A stretch of DNA of 63,313 bases, the filler included, from Folioceros fuciformis (Eukaryota), in the NCBI GenBank assembly GCA_049999805.1. It is 8 parts of 7 records of this genome, joined end to end, with 100 filler letters (N's around TTAATTAATTAA, not from the genome) between each part and the next. Parts side by side here need not be neighbours in the genome. Positions count along the whole stretch, not along the records: positions 61,467 to 63,313 come from JBNGIO010005403.1; 7 more parts are not named here. One strand, given 5' to 3'. How positions within the stretch are numbered: position 1 is the stretch's first letter; each line of letters opens with the position of its first letter. Below, piece after piece: positions 61,512 to 63,313 of the stretch. The notes below the pieces were generated by a model. That model had not been told where the DNA came from. It saw only the letters and a list, made by a program, of their open reading frames with translations, and made no database searches. A program made the translations under genes and the position numbers.

Positions 61512-63313
61512 CTTATGTCGAACTTGCAACAATTGTATGCCAAGACAGAACTTGAGCTCGCCAATATCCTTCATGTCGAATCTGTTGCTCAGCTGTTCCT
61601 TGACAACTAACAACAGCTTCTGATCGTTCGTGGCAAAGATTACATCATCAACATAAAGAGCCAGAAGGACAATGGAAGATCCTTGGGTAAGCTTATAGAC
61701 ATTGGTGTCAGCATGGCTTTGAACAAATTTAATGCTTAGCATCTAGATATAAGTGCATGGTTATGTACCATACTCGCCCGCTCTACTTAAGGCCATAAAT
61801 ACACTTCAAAAGCTTCAGCACTTTGTGCTGATGTGCAGGGTCTTCATAGCCTTCAGGCTTATGCATATACAGCTCTTCATCGAGAGCACTGTACAAGAAG
61901 GCCGTGTAGACGTCCATCTGCAGGAGGTCCAGATCATGCTCCGTGGCATAAGCTAGGAGGATACGAATCGACTGGGTCCTCACAACAGGTGAGAAAGTTT
62001 CTTGATAGTCAATACCCTCAACCTGTGTGAAACCACGGGCTACTAGCCTAGCCTTGTATCGTGCTACCTCACCCTTGGCGTTTAGCTTAAGCTTGAATAC
62101 CCATTTGCAGGAAATAGCCTTGTGTCCTGATGGGAGGTCTGAAAGCTGCCATGTTTTATTCTTCATAAGAGACTGATATTCTTCCTCAACAGCAGCCTTC
62201 CACTGTGAGGACTGTGGGCCTGAGAAGGCTTGAGTTAAAGTGGTTGGCTCATCGGGAAGCGGAGGGCAAACGGCAAGGTGAGTGCGAAAGTCAATGGACT
62301 GATACCGTGGTGCATTCCATTCCTCAGGTGGGGGTCGATAACGGGTGGAACGGCGTAAAGCAGGAGCCAGTTCTTCTTCATCTTCCGGATCTTTGGCAGC
62401 ATTGTCAGCAAAAACAGGTAACAGAGGTTCATCCGCATGTACAGCATCCTGGGGCTGACCTTCCCCCTCTGCTGCAAAATCCGGTAGATCCAGCGCGGGT
62501 CCGTCATCCGCAATAGCAAGACCAGGCGGGACTGGAGAAACTTCAGGATCAGGGACAACAGACTTGGTGTCATCTGAGGGGTATTCTGCAGCTACATCTG
62601 TCCATGTCTCCAAAATAGGATCCACAGGTACAGATTCAACAGTTGAGGGAGGAGCTTGTGGTTCAATAAAGGTAACACTCCTGGCAAGCACGATAGATGC
62701 CGATTCCGGGTTGTATAGCTTATATGCCTTGGCCTGCTCGATATAGCCCACAAAAATAAGGGCCTGGGCGCGTTGGTCAAGTTTCTTACGCTTCTCAACT
62801 GGGATATAGGCAAAAGCCTTGGAGCCAAAAACCTTGAGATGAAGCAAGCTGGGCCTCTTGCGCCAGTTTACCTCCAAAGGAATCCTCTGTGGAACTGAGC
62901 TGGTCAGCACCCTGTTGAGGATGTAGGTGGTTGCTACAACGGCTTCGGCCCAATAGCCTTGAGGTAAGCCTGCCCAAAGTAACATGCTTCTGGTCATGCT
63001 AAGTAGCGTTTGATTCTTGCGTTTTGACACGCCATTTTGCTGGGGCGTGTAGGGAACAGTGAGTTGTCGCAAGATCCCAGCCTCCTGGAGAAGATTATCA
63101 AAGGATGAGTTAACAAACTCTGTCCCATTGTCTGTCCTGAGGATCTTCAGCAACTTGTCTGTTTGCCTCTGAGCAGTAAGGAGCCAGTCCTGAAAGTAGC
63201 TAAAGGTATCACTTGTGGCACGCATTGGAAAGGTCCATGTGTAGCGACTGTAATCATCTGTAAGGGTGAAAAAGTAGCGAGAGCCTCCAAGGGAGGGCTC
63301 ATGGATTTTTCCA
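61512..63313 (-). mobile_element. Ty1/copia integrase-RT fragment, same family as 57546-61048 but better preserved
   Basis: 480-aa open frame ([46 protein letters not shown]), then LYVDDVI after a single TAG. Confidence 0.95.

Noticed and set aside
57546..63313. Giant inverted repeat formed by two related copia copies
   Set aside because: They lie on different contigs separated by a linker.

Overview
Eukaryotic, land-plant nuclear DNA, most likely from a hornwort. That assignment is inferred from a PLS-PPR protein with 37-aa 'long-long' L motifs and a WW-type PG box, plus compact genes with ~100-bp introns. The window is NOT contiguous. Seven artificial 100-bp linkers (44 N + TTAATTAATTAA + 44 N) join eight contigs: 1-10881, 10982-13639, 13740-25855, 25956-41297, 41398-45130, 45231-51513, 51614-61366 and 61467-63313. 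Genes found: an intronless ~29-repeat PLS-PPR RNA-editing-factor-like gene lacking the DYW deaminase core, tRNA-Arg(UCG), an acyl-ACP thioesterase, a DUF4228 protein, NOP58, UBP6, DWF1, a small RVxW/CaaX protein, a DUF810/Munc13-like protein, an MRS2-3-like Mg transporter and a frameshifted COX10 copy. The remainder is mostly degenerate, nested Ty1/copia elements, LTR fragments, a LINE ORF1 of fungal/animal (Tad1/I/Jockey-like) type and many minisatellites. I see no convincing new multi-gene system. The best leads are the repeat-bounded truncated WW-type PPR, the non-plant-type LINE ORF1, the candidate prenylated PP1-targeting protein and the COX10 pseudogene.
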